DNA of 64,000 bases, from contig OZ024743.1 in the NCBI GenBank assembly GCA_964016885.1, positions 183,768,001 through 183,832,000 of the forward strand, written 5' to 3'. The translations under genes and the position numbers were made by a program. Below are positions 39,792 to 51,499 of the stretch, one piece after another (position 1 is the stretch's first letter; each line of letters opens with the position of its first letter). The stretch comes from Eledone cirrhosa. Its lineage: Eukaryota. The notes under the pieces were generated by a model. That model saw only the letters and a program-made list of their open reading frames with translations. It searched no databases and had not been told where the DNA came from.

Positions 39792-41275
39792 ACTTTATAG
39801 TTAATTATACTCAGTAATGACTTTATAATTAATTATACTCAGTAATGACTTTATTGTTAATTATACTCAGTAATGAGTTCATAGTTAATTCTACTCAGTA
39901 ATGACTTTATAGTTAATTAAACTCAGTAATGACTTTATAGTTAATTATACTCAGTAATGATTTTATAGTTAATTATACTCAGTAATGACTTTATAGTTAA
40001 TTAAACTCAGTAATGACTTTATAGTTAATTAAACTCAGTAATGACTTTATAGTTAATTATATTCAGTAATGACTTTAGAGTTAAGTATACTCAGTAATGA
40101 CTTTATAGTTAATTATATTCAGTAATGACTTTAGAGTTAATTATACTCAGTAATGACTTTATAGTTAATTAAACTCAGTAATGACTTTATAGTTAATTAT
40201 ATTCAGTAATGACTTTATAGTTAATTATATTCAGTAATGGCTTTAGAGTTAATTATACTCAGTAATGACTTTATAGTTAATTAAACTCAGTAATGACTTT
40301 ATAGTTAATTATATTCAGTAATGACTTTATAGTTAATTATACTCAGTAATGACTTTAGAGTTAATTATACTCAGTAATGACTTTATAGTTAATTATACTC
40401 AGTAATGACTTTATAGTTAATTATATTCAGTAATGACTTTAGAGTTAATTATACTCAGTAATGACTTTATAGTTAATTATATTCAGTAATGACTTTAGAG
40501 TTAATTATACTCAGTAATGGCTTTAGAGTTAATTATACTCAGTAATGACTTTATAGTTAATTAAACTCAGTAATGACTTTATAGTTAATTATATTCAGTA
40601 ATGACTTTATAGTTAATTATACTCAGTAATGACTTTAGAGTTAATTATACTCAGTAATGACTTTATAGTTAATTATACTCAGTAATGACTTTATAGTTAA
40701 TTATATTCAGTAATGACTTTAGAGTTAATTATACTCAGTAATGACTTTAGAGTTAATTATACTCAGTAATGACTTTAGAGTTAATTATACTCAGTAATGA
40801 CTTTATAGTTAATTATACTCAATAATGACTTTATAGTTAATTATACTCAGTAATGACTTTATAGTTAATTATATTCAGTAATGACTTTAGAGTTAATTAT
40901 ACTCAGTAATGACTTTAGAGTTAATTATACTCAGTAATGACTTTAGAGTTAATTATACTCAGTAATGACTTTAGAGTTAATTATACTCAATAATGACTTT
41001 AGAGTTAATTATACTCAATAATGACTTTATTGTTAATTATATTCAGTAATGACTTTATAGTTAATTATATTCAGTAATGACTTTATATTTAATTCTATTC
41101 AGTAATGACTTTATAGTTAATTCTATTCAGTAATGACTTTATAGTTAATTATACTCAGTAATGACTTTATAGTTAATTATACTCAGTAATGACTTTAGAG
41201 TTAATTATACTCAGTAATGACTTTATAGTTAATTATACTCAGTAATGGCTTTATAGTTAATTCTATTCAGTAATG
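39792..41275. repeat. 28-bp AT-rich satellite (GACTTTATAGTTAATTATACTCAGTAAT), ~53 copies
   Basis: Direct. Confidence 0.99.
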
Positions 41276-41771
41276 GGTCTAGAACAGTGTAGTAGTTCTG
41301 ATCTAATTAACGTGATTACCAAAATAAAACTATAACAGACTACACAGTTCTAACATTGGCATGTATTGAGCACTCTCCTTTTTTATATGAAAAAAATTAA
41401 CAAACAAAAACTATGTATGTATAATTATCTTTGTCTGTGTGTGTGTATATATATATGAATGTTTATATATATATATATATGAAATAGTAAAGTTGTACAC
41501 TGAAAAATGGGACATGCAGGACGAACAAAAGCATCTATTTTCCTCATTAGTCAACTCCTGGACAGTTTCAGGTGTAAAGGTGGGATTGCATACGTATATG
41601 TCCTGGCTGCAGTCAGAACAGGTTACCAGGAAGGTGCATATGAGACAATACAACAGCTCAAAGACATTAAAAGAAAGGGTGTCATGTGTGTGTGTAATAT
41701 TTTGTGTTGAGCTGAAAGCTAAAAAATAATATGAGATAGACATATAATACTCACAGCAAATTGTAGATTAA

Positions 41772-43272
41772 CTCTTAATGTCCTGTACCACATGAAATCA
41801 CATTAGACATTAAAAGTACAAAACTGAACTATGACTGTATCACGTTTAAAATTATAATCTTTAGTTTACTGCAAATTTTCACAAGAAATTATCCGTTAGT
41901 AAAAATACTATAAACATTTGAATGAACAAACTCACTCTTTAGATATTTTCTGCTAAATCTTTACACGAAGAATCACAGCAGAGACAGTAATGGTATCCAA
42001 CGTTAAGGAGGACTTTGGGGATAAGCTGGAATCCAACTTCTGATCAGCAAATAAAGTGTTTTGCCAGACCATTGGCCGACTTCATAATAAGAAGTCCTCC
42101 CCCACACCTGCTATCAGGAATGCGTCTGGAGTTCTTCTCTCTTCAGAGAGGTGAATCCTCGCGAGGTGGAGAGAATACTTTGCTGGTCTCCTAAAGCCAA
42201 TCACAACAGCATCTTCTGATGTACACAAGGTGCATCTGGGAGCGATGACTAATCTCTTGGAAGCTGATGTCACATGAGCAATTTAAGAGCTCAAATGTGG
42301 CAAGGCTGCTGAGGAGGATGAAATTCGCCCGAATTGTTTATAGCTTTAAATAGAGGAGGTATTCTCTGCCTGACTCATGTGTAATGGGTGGTCTGGATTT
42401 CTGGAAAGGCCCCTAAGCAATGGCAGTCAGGGTGATAGTCCCAATATTCAAAAAGAGAGACAAGAGAGATTGTTACTATTACGGAAGGATCTCCTTGTTA
42501 AGTCTATGCTAAGTGTCTGGCTAAGAGATGCAGGGATATTATCAAGTCCAAGCCAGCTGATGAATAATGTGGTTTCCGCTCCAGACACAGCACAGCCAAC
42601 CAAATATTCATACTGCGGCAGGTCTTTGAGAAATCATGGGAGTATTGCTAAGAGGTGTATTCTTGCTTTGTAGACTTCAAAAAAGGCAAACATTTGACCA
42701 CATTCCACATGACCTACTGTGGAAGATTCTGAAGGAATATGGGATCGATGGTCAGCTTCAGCATTTGGTAATCAGAAGGGAGATAGGTGTAAAAGCCAAA
42801 CTCGCTATCTTCAATTCGGTATTAGTACCAACCCCTACCTATGAATCTCAGGTAATCAGCTAAAGAATACAAGCGGCCGAAATGAGGGTTCCTCCAAATG
42901 ATTTTGGAGTAATGTTACTTGACAGTGTGTAGGTTGGAGATCAGATATTCACTCTAGGTAGAGCCGCTACTTCTCTGAATTGAAGGATCACAGCTCTGAT
43001 ACTATGGGCATGTGGTTAGAATGTCTCAGGAAAGAATCGCTCGACAGATATTACAGGCAAAACCAACCAGTAGGAGACCCAAGGATAGACCCTGAGCAAG
43101 AAAGTTGGATAACACCCATGAGCTTGGCTGGTCTAGCTTGGGGATCCAGCTGGATCAGTTGAAAATGGTTGCTTCTGACAGGACCTGCTGGAAGGAGTGT
43201 TTAAGGACTCTTGTTCTACGACCCTTTCAGGAATAAGTGGGTGAAGAAGAAATCTTTACAGGTTGTTAAGAA
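41772..43272. mobile_element. piggyBac-like MITE copy 1 (~206 bp), interrupted by an RTE LINE
   Basis: TTAA (41768-41771)|CTCTTAATGTCCTGTA ... TACAGGTTGTTAAGAA|TTAA (43273-43276); internally similar to copy 2. Confidence 0.7.
41966..43249 (+). mobile_element. 5'-truncated, internally deleted RTE-clade LINE
   Basis: Decayed RT-like peptides: GKAAEEDEIRPE, DFKK..FDHIPHDLLWKILKEYGIDG, AKLAIFNSVLVPTPTYES, LxYYGHVVRM. It has a GAAGAAGA tail and an 11-bp TSD AAATCTTTACA at 41955-41965 and 43250-43260. Confidence 0.85.
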
Positions 43273-43276
43273 TTAA

Positions 43277-43469
43277 CTCTTAATGTCCTGTACCACGTGA
43301 AACCACATTAGTAAGACATTCTTGAAAAGTACTAAACAGTACTTTAGTTGCATACCATGGCTTTACTCTAATAGTAGAAATCTCCACAACAATCTGTCTA
43401 GTAGTAAAGGCACTATAAACATAAGTTTTAACAAACCTCTTTTTCTAAACCATTACAGGATGTTAAGAG
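43277..43469. mobile_element. piggyBac-like MITE copy 2 (193 bp)
   Basis: TTAA|CTCTTAATGTCCTGTA ... TACAGGATGTTAAGAG|TTAA (43470-43473); the 16-bp TIRs match at 14/16. Confidence 0.75.
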
Positions 43470-43719
43470 TTAAAAATATTTAATTATTGCAAACCCAACA
43501 TTAACAGATCATTGTTTCTTTATATTTTTGTTTGTTATTATTTATTTCATTTTGTTTTGTTTGTTTGTTGGGGGAATGTTTCTACAAAAATATCTTTCAT
43601 TTCCTACTGGAAACTATTGTATGATTGAGATCTTTATATATTTGTGGCTTTGTTACAGAAATGTCGAAATTGTTACAGATTTCCTATATATTTGTATCTA
43701 TTTAGCACTATATTTCCAT

Positions 43720-43887
43720 ACACACACACAAATACACATACATATGTAGGTATATATATTTATGTGTGTGTGTGTGTGTGTGTTTGTATGTATATATATA
43801 TATGCATATGTATGTGTGTATGTGTATAATTTATATAGCTATGTGTGTATATATAGATGTATATATATATGCATATGTATATATGAG

Positions 43888-43942
<55 letters not shown>
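43720..43942. repeat. (CA)/(TG)/(TA) microsatellite block
   Basis: Direct. Confidence 0.95.
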
Positions 43943-43947
<5 letters not shown>

Positions 43948-44371
43948 CAAACATCTAAATAAAAAAAATAATTCAAAAGAAGAAAAATGTAAAAAGGAAA
44001 GAGAAGATAATAAATATTCTCTAAAAGTTTCAATGGGAGTAATTTGAAGTTTTCTGGTAAAAATGAATACAAAAAAACTCTGATGTTTTGTTTCCTTGCC
44101 CCCCCCCCCCTCCCTATCGACAAACTGAAACATGTGATATGCTGGACAGAGTTTGCATGGCAGGAGACAGATCAAATCATGCCTGACTCTCAACTTGATT
44201 GCTTTATTCTGAATAATCAATGAAGTATATATAATATTTTTTCTAAGATGACCAATGCTACATTGTATTGATATGTAGTTCAGTAGTGGATGGCATCTTA
44301 ACATCATATTCTGCATGTTGCAGTCTCTAACAGTTTGGGTTTTCACTGGACTTTATTAAAGATTGTGCTCA

Positions 44372-44383
44372 TGTATATGAATG

Positions 44384-44420
<37 letters not shown>

Positions 44421-44497
44421 ATGTATATGTGAATATATATATGTATATATATATATATATGTATATATATGTGTGTGTGTGTGTGTATCTATATATG

Positions 44498-44542
<45 letters not shown>

Positions 44543-44551
44543 GTGTATATA

Positions 44552-44584
<33 letters not shown>

Positions 44585-44610
44585 TTATATGTATATATAT
44601 ATATATATAC
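44372..44610. repeat. (TA)/(TG) microsatellite block
   Basis: Direct. Confidence 0.95.
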
Positions 44611-44713
44611 GTGGTACAGAGAAGAAAGATATGTGATTAAATAAATATTTAGAAGTGAATTGCTTTTCTATTATCATTGTTGTTGTTATTATTTGCCTTT
44701 CATTTCCCTGGCA

Positions 44714-44784
44714 TTGATAATGTATTTGATAATGTATTTGATAATGTATTTGATAATGTATTTGATAATGTATTTGATAATGTA
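44714..44784. repeat. 12-bp tandem repeat TTGATAATGTAT, ~6 copies
   Basis: Direct. Confidence 0.95.
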
Positions 44785-44799
44785 ACTGAGCTAATCCAC

Positions 44800-45215
44800 T
44801 TTGAAAAAGATGGTCGTGAAAGAATAGGGTCACGAATACAAGCGACCAAAATGGGATTTCTCCGAAGGGTCTTTGGACTAAGACTACTTGTAGCTCAGAG
44901 ATCAGAGAGTCACTTCAGGTAGAGCTGCTACTTCTCTGAATTGAGAGATCACAGCTCCGATATTACCAGCATGTGGTTAGAATGCCTCAGGAAAGAATCG
45001 CTGGACAGATTTTATGGGCAAAACCAACTGACAGGAGACCTTGGGGTAGATACCAAGCAAATTGTTTGGATAACATCTATGCGCTCAGCTGGTCATGCTT
45101 GCGGATCCAGCTGGATCAATTGGAGGTGGTTGTTTCTGACAGGACCCACTGGAAGGAGTGTTTGAGGATACTGCCCCCATGACCTTCTCAGGAATAAGTG
45201 GGAAAAGATGAAGAC
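44800..45215 (+). mobile_element. 3' fragment of the same RTE LINE family as 41966-43249
   Basis: Clearly similar to 42865-43249: GAATACAAGCG..., GCTACTTCTCTGAATTGA, GGATCCAGCTGGATCA, CAGGAATAAGTGGG. Peptide MVRMPQERIAGQILWAKPTDRRPWGR. Confidence 0.85.
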
Positions 45216-45244
45216 AGAACTTTCCTTAGAGATATTCACACTAT

Positions 45245-45625
45245 TATCCTTCTCTACCATTTCATGACCCCACCTTGAATACTGTTGCCCACTGTGGTTT
45301 TCCTACACATAACAAAGTATTATGGAAATTAAAGCAATCCAGAGGTCAATTACAAAAAAGATACTCTCTCTAAAGCCACTGTGACCATTCATTTGTATGA
45401 TGTAGAAAATATTCCATCAGCATTGCCCAAATGATGTTGGCATCAACTTTAAAATCCACCCAATACTTGATTCCCATGCTATCGGGCCCTACAATTATTA
45501 CATAACAATTGTCCCACCTCAACTGACTCTTTATTACAAAAATACAGACAGAAATAGATATCATAAAATTCAAAAGTTCCTTGGACAAATTCCTCCATAA
45601 ATTCCAGATAAACCTGCTACATTCA
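45245..45625 (+). mobile_element. Decayed 3' fragment of a CR1-like LINE ORF2
   Basis: Translatable remnants PHLEYCCPLW, AIQRSITKKI and FKSSLDKFL, typical of the post-RT region of CR1-group elements. Confidence 0.65.
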
Positions 45626-46317
45626 TCAACCGAGGTTTACAGTTGATGAGACATATTTTTCACTGTTGAACTCTTGCTTCTTCAAATAAGATTTGGGTGC
45701 CTTGATTGTTCCATTCATAGTTTCATCTAACTGTATTTCACCTAACTGTATTTAAAAACCCTTTCAAAGTTTTCTTCATTTTTTGAGTTAGCATATGTAC
45801 ATCCTATCCTATGGAAGAAATATCTTTGGACAGAAGATGTAGAGGTTCCAAAAGGTTAATAAGATTAATATCAGGAATTACGTCTACCTTACTATGGTCC
45901 TCTGCATGACTTTGTTCAGTTATGTTTGACTGGACAGTGAACAATAGAGTTTTCATAATAATTTTCAAGAACTTTTGGTTCCACCCTACTTGTTGTTTGT
46001 GTACAGAATTTAGTTGAGCCAAAACTGATGTTATTGTGTTGTATTCCCTTGATAACATATCAATTTCATTGTAGTCGTCTTATAACAGCTACTTTTTTTC
46101 ATGCCTCCTGTGTCAGTTTCTCTTCCAGTTTTCCAAAATAAACGTGTTACTGTATATGAATACTTTACTAAGGCTAGTTGAGGATTGCCATTTTTAGTGT
46201 CATAGATAGTAAGGAAAGATGCTATTTGAAGAAGATTAGGTTGCTATTTCTAGCAGGTCGAGCAATCCACATTGAAACTACCTCATTGACTCGATTTTGG
46301 TATAAGCTATACACTGT

Positions 46318-46470
46318 AGAGGTGGCAAATTGGTAGAGTCATTAGAGCATCGAATAGAATGCTGTGTGGTATTCGTTTCGGCTCTCTGAGTTTAACTCCT
46401 GTTGAGGTCAACTTGACTTTCATGCATTCAAGATCAATTAAAAAAGTACCAGTCTAGTACTGGGTCGATT
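46318..46470 (+). mobile_element. tRNA-derived SINE (same family as the 37.1-39 kb cluster)
   Basis: GGTGGCAAATTGGTAGAGTC...CTGAGTTTAACTCC...GAGGTCAACTTGACTTTCATGC...AAGTACCAGT. Confidence 0.7.
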
Positions 46471-46964
46471 CTTCCTCTGTGTCTATTTCTCACTTCTAAT
46501 CTCTCACTCCCTATCCTTCTCTGGAAAAAATCTGTTGTATTCAGATCTGAAGAGGAGATGGGCTCCACCAGGTTTAGAAAATGAAACGCTGTATGTCAAC
46601 ATGGCACCCCTATGACTCCTCCAGGCATCACGGGACCATGCTATGCTATACACTGGAGTTGAGTCTAGCAAGTATACTGGTTTCTTTATGGTAATTGGAA
46701 ACCCATATTTGTGTAAGGAAGGTGCAGAAAGTTTTGCATTAAGAAAAAAAAAAACATCTGTTTTTCCTAGAAAAGGTAGAGAGGGGGGGGGGTAAATATA
46801 ATGAGAGAAAATGATATAATTAAAGATGGGTGTAAATAATATAATGAGAAATGGATTTCTAGAGCAAATTTTAAAGAATAAGTTGCTGCCAAGGAAATGC
46901 TAAAAAAGCTATTACACTTACATAAACAGTTAAGTACATTTATTTAATGTTGAGTAATATATCA

Positions 46965-47600
46965 TAATTCTAACATTGGCTCAAGGCCAATAACTTTGGG
47001 GGAAGGGAAAAGTTGAGTATATCGACCCAGTATTTGACTGGTACTTTATTTTATCAAGGAAGGATGAAAGACAAGCTGACCTCAATAAGATTTGTTCTCA
47101 TAAGGTATAAAGTCGTAATTAAATATCACAAAGCATTTTATCGAATGCTCTACTGATTCTGCCTAATCCACCACCTTATTTTTGAGGAGAGGGAAAAGTC
47201 GATTATAAAGACCTCAGTATTTGCCTACTGGTACTTTATTTTATCAACCACAATGATAAAAGGCAAAATTAATCTCATGGGGAAATATAGGGACTCTACC
47301 ATTCCACTGTCCTGTTGAGTAATATAATATAATTGTTTCTAATTTAGGCACAAGGCCAGCAATTAACCAGTGCATTACTGGTACTTTATTTTTTCGACCC
47401 CGTAAGGATGAAAGGCAAATAATGGTTTCTGATTTAGGCACAAGGTCAACAATTTTGGTGAAAGGAAAATCCATTAAATAGACCCCTGTACGTTACTGGT
47501 ACCCTATTTTATTAACCTCGTTAAGATGAAAGGTAAAGCTAACCCTGGTGGGATTTGAACTCAGAACATAAAGAGACGTAACTATATGCCATGACACTGT
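46965..47600 (-). mobile_element. Cluster of ~4 minus-strand copies or fragments of the same SINE family
   Basis: ACTGGTACTTTATTTTAT-type motif near 47040, 47230, 47380 and 47500, with nearby GATGAAAGG and GGCACAAGG motifs. Confidence 0.8.
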
Positions 47601-47964
47601 CAATCCATTATGTCCATCAAAATGGTGGAGATTGACTGCAGTAATTTACTTTTTAAAATAAATCCTTTAAGGTACGATTCAAGATTGAAGACAAATAGAA
47701 AATAGATGAAATACAAAACATAAAAACAAAAACAAAAAATGAATAGTTCAATGGATGAATATAAAAGAGTAGAGAAAGAAAGGAAATGATGTTGTTATGC
47801 TGCGATTAATGTCAGCGAAAAATTGTCGAAAGTTGTATAATGATGGGTTGTTATTACTTAAGAAATGACTGTTCGCACACAAATTCTACAGGAAATTTAT
47901 AGCAATTTATACACTTTAACTTGTCAGAAATACATCATAACTTCAGATTATTGTCATAATTGTT

Positions 47965-47973
47965 GTATATATA

Positions 47974-48035
<62 letters not shown>

Positions 48036-48059
48036 GTATAAATGTATATATATGTATGT

Positions 48060-48093
<34 letters not shown>

Positions 48094-48150
48094 GTGTGTG
48101 TGTGTACGTGTATGTATGTATACACACATATACATACAGATACATATATA
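47965..48150. repeat. (TA)/(TGTA) microsatellite block
   Basis: Direct. Confidence 0.95.
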
Positions 48151-48289
48151 AACATATAAATATCAGTATAATTAACATGAAGCATTGTGAGATATGTAAT
48201 AAGTAATAAAAACCTTCAGAAAGCCAGTACAATGCAGATGGATATATATATATAGAGAGAGAGAGAAAGAGAGAGAGAACAAAGTACAG

Positions 48290-48985
48290 CAAGATTCTGC
48301 TCTTTCCTACAGAGCTAAAATGACCTATGTACGGAATGAGACTTCCTGGATATGCAACAAGGCAAGTGTCAAATACGCCAGTACGAAAAAATTTCAAAGA
48401 ATCTCACCGAAAGCAGCTCCACAACTTCTCTGACCAAACATCAAGATGCCATGGTACCACCTAAGAGAACAAGCAGGTCAAGCAACCCTAGGGATAGATT
48501 ATGTTATCTAAAACAAATAGAGGATGATAGCTGCCGTAGGGAGGACCTGAACATACAGCTGGCATATTCGAGACCTTCCTTGAAGAGACTACTCCACAAA
48601 CCCTGACCTGCATACATTGATAGATGCTCACTTTTTAAGTGTACCATCTGCATGGAAGTGTGCACGAGTAAGTATGTGCCTTACAGGGTCATATGTAGTT
48701 GATGTGATTCTCCATGCATTGGAAGTATTATCTGGATGTTACACATACAGATCAAGGAAAACATGACAACAAGAGCTTCCCCTGTCAAAAAGCACTTTGA
48801 TAAATGCCACAACTGAGACACTGAGTTCACAATAGAGGCAACAGAAAGGAATGTGGGGAATTTAAGAATTAAGAAAGCCATAATTATAAACACAGAAACC
48901 ACTAATGAACAATAGAATGGAGCAGAGTGGTATTTATGATTGCTCTGTTGAAGGAGGACACAGATGAAATATACTGGGTAAATCT
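48290..48985 (+). mobile_element. Decayed Penelope-like element: end of RT, Cys linker and GIY-YIG endonuclease
   Basis: Frame at 48625-48900 reads CSLFKCTICMEVCTSKYVPYRVICS*CDSPCIGSII..LHIQIKEN....SPVKKHFDKC....FTIEATERNVGNLRIKKAIII. This matches the Penelope C..K.VVY...C..C...YIG.T...L..R..EH......H......L...EA..I pattern, with stops. It is preceded by RREDLNIQLAYSRPSLKRLL. Confidence 0.75.
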
Positions 48986-49024
48986 ACCCCCTCCCATTCT
49001 TCATGATCTTCATAGCTCTTTTTA

Positions 49025-49215
49025 ATAATTGTTTCTACTCTTGGCACAAGGCCAGAAATTACCCAGTACATTACTGGTACTTTATTTTATCGACCCCGTT
49101 AGGATGAAAGGCAAAGTTAACCTCGGCGGGATTTGAACTCAGACCGTAAAGGGACATAACTATGCTGTAAAGCATGGCGTCCGACCCTCTACCGATACTG
49201 CCAATCCATATAATG
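49025..49215 (-). mobile_element. Relatively intact tRNA-derived SINE
   Basis: Reverse complement reads TTGGCAGTATCGGTAGAGGGTCGGACGCC...TCTGAGTTCAAATCCCGCCGAGGTTAACTTTGCCTTTCATCC...AGTAGAAACAATTATT, nearly identical to the + copy at 38520-38645. Confidence 0.85.
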
Positions 49216-49352
49216 ACGGATGATTTCTCAGCAGTTCACTTGTCTCCCAGAATAACATATATATGTATTAAAGTGAAATGGTTTCAACTGAGAATCGTAG
49301 CTGTGTTACAAACTCTGTACAATTAGCTTAGATGATGTTGTATATATCTTGT

Positions 49353-49617
49353 ACTAGCAGTGGTACCCGGCGTTGCATGGGATAAGGTATTGTGAAATAT
49401 ATAACCGCCTTAGCTAAGCTTAGTATTGCCACAACCACGGCTGGCAAAGAAGTAAGGGTCTGGTGGTACGTAAGTAAGCAACACTGTGGCTTAAAACGTG
49501 AGAAAGAAGTTGTATGCACTTACCAACCGTTTGGGGAATGAGTGTGAGATTTGTCTTGAGCAAGGGTGGCAGAATAACCGGAGGCAGCAGACAGACATAC
49601 AGACAGATATTATAAAG
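49353..49617 (+). mobile_element. Possible non-autonomous Helentron-associated (DINE/HINE-like) element
   Basis: Begins ACTAG...ACCCGGCGTTGCATGGG (subterminal hairpin) and ends with a (CAGA)n microsatellite plus TATTATAAAG. Architecture recognition only. Confidence 0.45.
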
Positions 49618-49994
49618 GCGCGACGTTATATGTATGTATCTATCTAAAAAGAGAAAGACTAAGAATTGGACTTGGATAGCGAATTGTTTGTGATTGATTC
49701 TCGTTTAATCTGTGTGTGTGTGTGTATACACACACACACACACACATTAATTATAAAAGTTATTTGTCTTTAATACTTAGACATCTCAGTGAATAGATAA
49801 AATATACAAATAAAATATCACTCAGAGAAGTAATTTAACGTATCAAATTTATGGCAAAATCTCAATTTAGAGGAGTATAAGTCAGACTGACTAAAATAAG
49901 TTAGTCTAACTCATATAATCTCCCTACCATGGTTTCTGGAACAAAGAAAGATGTATTTATGTATATATGTATGAATTCAAACTAAGAAGCTTTA

Positions 49995-50442
49995 ATGCCA
50001 GATCAGAGACCTTCTTTTAGCCGACAATGCTGACATCCTAGCACAAACAAAAGCTGACATGCAGCACATTATTGATAGTTATTCATCCTCCAGTACAGCA
50101 TTTGGGCTTACAATCAGCCTTAAAAAGACTAAAGTAATGTTTATCTCTGCTCATGGAGAACCATATACTGAGCCCAATATCATGGTTGATGGAATCAGGT
50201 TGGGAGTAGTAGATAAATTTGTCTACTTGGGTAGCACACTGTCAAATGATGGCTCCTTGGATGCTGAAATAGATCTGTGCATCCAGCAAGCTTCTGTTGT
50301 TTTCAGAAAATTGGAAAAGAGATAATACTAAGGTGTGTGTTTATAGATCATGTGTTCTGCCTGTTCTTTTATACTCCTCCGAAACCTGGACGCTATTCCG
50401 TAGACATATCAAATTGTTTGAGCGTTTTCAGGAGAAATGTGT
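49995..50442 (+). mobile_element. RTE/BovB-like LINE reverse-transcriptase fragment
   Basis: IRDLLLADNA (degenerate FADD)...FGLTISLKKTKVM...VDKFVYLGSTLSNDGSLDAEI...TKVCVYRSCVLPVLLYSSETWT, with a deletion/frameshift near 50322. Confidence 0.85.
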
Positions 50443-50443
50443 A

Positions 50444-51101
50444 AGCCATCAAGATGGGCTTCTAGCAGTTTCAACTCCTAGCAATGATACTGCTGGTCCA
50501 CCCAGGGTTGTAGCATCTGATGCAATCCAAAGCACTTTCCATGGAGTAAAAGACAAGATTATAACTTATAGCTATTAATCCATAACAGGTAGACAGAGTT
50601 TTATGTGACGACTAGAAGATATTGTACTTTTATAGCAATGGTAGTCTTGTGAGACTGAAACAAAGGAAGTAAAGAAAGAAAAAAGAAAAATGAAGGGAAA
50701 AAAGGTAAGAAGAAGAAAGTAAGATATCGTATTGAAAAATGTAAACAATTGAAATTATTGGGTGGTGGGTGAGAACTCGTTTGTCACAGATTAATAATAA
50801 TAAACTTAGGAAAATTAACACAAGAAAGACAAAACAAAAAACATTTTTTTGAAGGAGGAACATTTTTTCTTTCTTTACTTCCTTTGTTTCAGTCTCATGA
50901 GACTTCTGTTACTATAAAAGTACAATACCTTCTCCTAGTCGTCACATAAAACTATGTGTACCTGTTATGGATTGATTAGTTATTGTTTTGTCTTGTCTTT
51001 TACTTCATGGACAGTGTTATGGATTGTCAGGCATGTGGCCCTGGGTAGAACAGCAGTACTGATGTAAGGGTTGAAACTGCCAGAAGTCCATCTCGATAGC
51101 T
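50444..51101. mobile_element. Foldback / long inverted repeat: ~240-bp imperfect arms around a ~170-bp spacer
   Basis: 50444-50690 is approximately the reverse complement of 50863-51101, e.g. TTTTATGTGACGACTAG/CTAGTCGTCACATAAAA and GAGACTGAAACAAAGGAAGTAAAGAAAG/CTTTCTTTACTTCCTTTGTTTCAGTCTC. Confidence 0.8.
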
Positions 51102-51499
51102 GGGGACCTTCGAGTTCTTTGTCTTTTGTTTTGCCTTGTCTTCTCTTTGTAAAGTTTATTATTATTAATCTGTGACGGATTATTATGGGCGGTAGATTGG
51201 CAGTATCGGTAGAGGGTCGGACGCCACTTTGTCTTCTTAATTTCATTAACACGACTTGAGTGAAGCTGAAGCTGTGGTAGAAAACACCAGAAGGTGCTGC
51301 GAAATGGAACCGAACACAAAATCTCATAATTGCATGGCAAACTTCTTCACTCGTTGGCCATGCTTCTTGTGGGCCTCCATACATATGAACATATGTATGT
51401 ATATACTTACACATACAAACGCTTACATACACATACACATGTACACAGACCTGGAAAAATGTTTCTCTTAAAAGCTTTTTCATAATAAGCCTCTATAAT

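Noticed and set aside
43528-44833. Numerous short YI/CV/TH-rich ORFs here and at 30833-31700, 39540-39788 and 47943-48397
   Set aside because: They are translations of (TA)/(TG)/(CA) microsatellites.
45641-45672. Hammerhead-like TTGATGA-GACA...TGTT-GAAC
   Set aside because: Both core boxes are mutated and there are no supporting stems.
46547-46592. Hammerhead candidate CTGAAGA-GGAG-ATGGG-CTCC
   Set aside because: GAAA does not follow stem II directly and no convincing stem I/III was found; at best a decayed relic.
46306-46655. 11-bp direct repeat GCTATACACTG as a TSD around a SINE-containing insert
   Set aside because: The SINE accounts for under half the interval and no 3' tail abuts the second copy; it may be chance.
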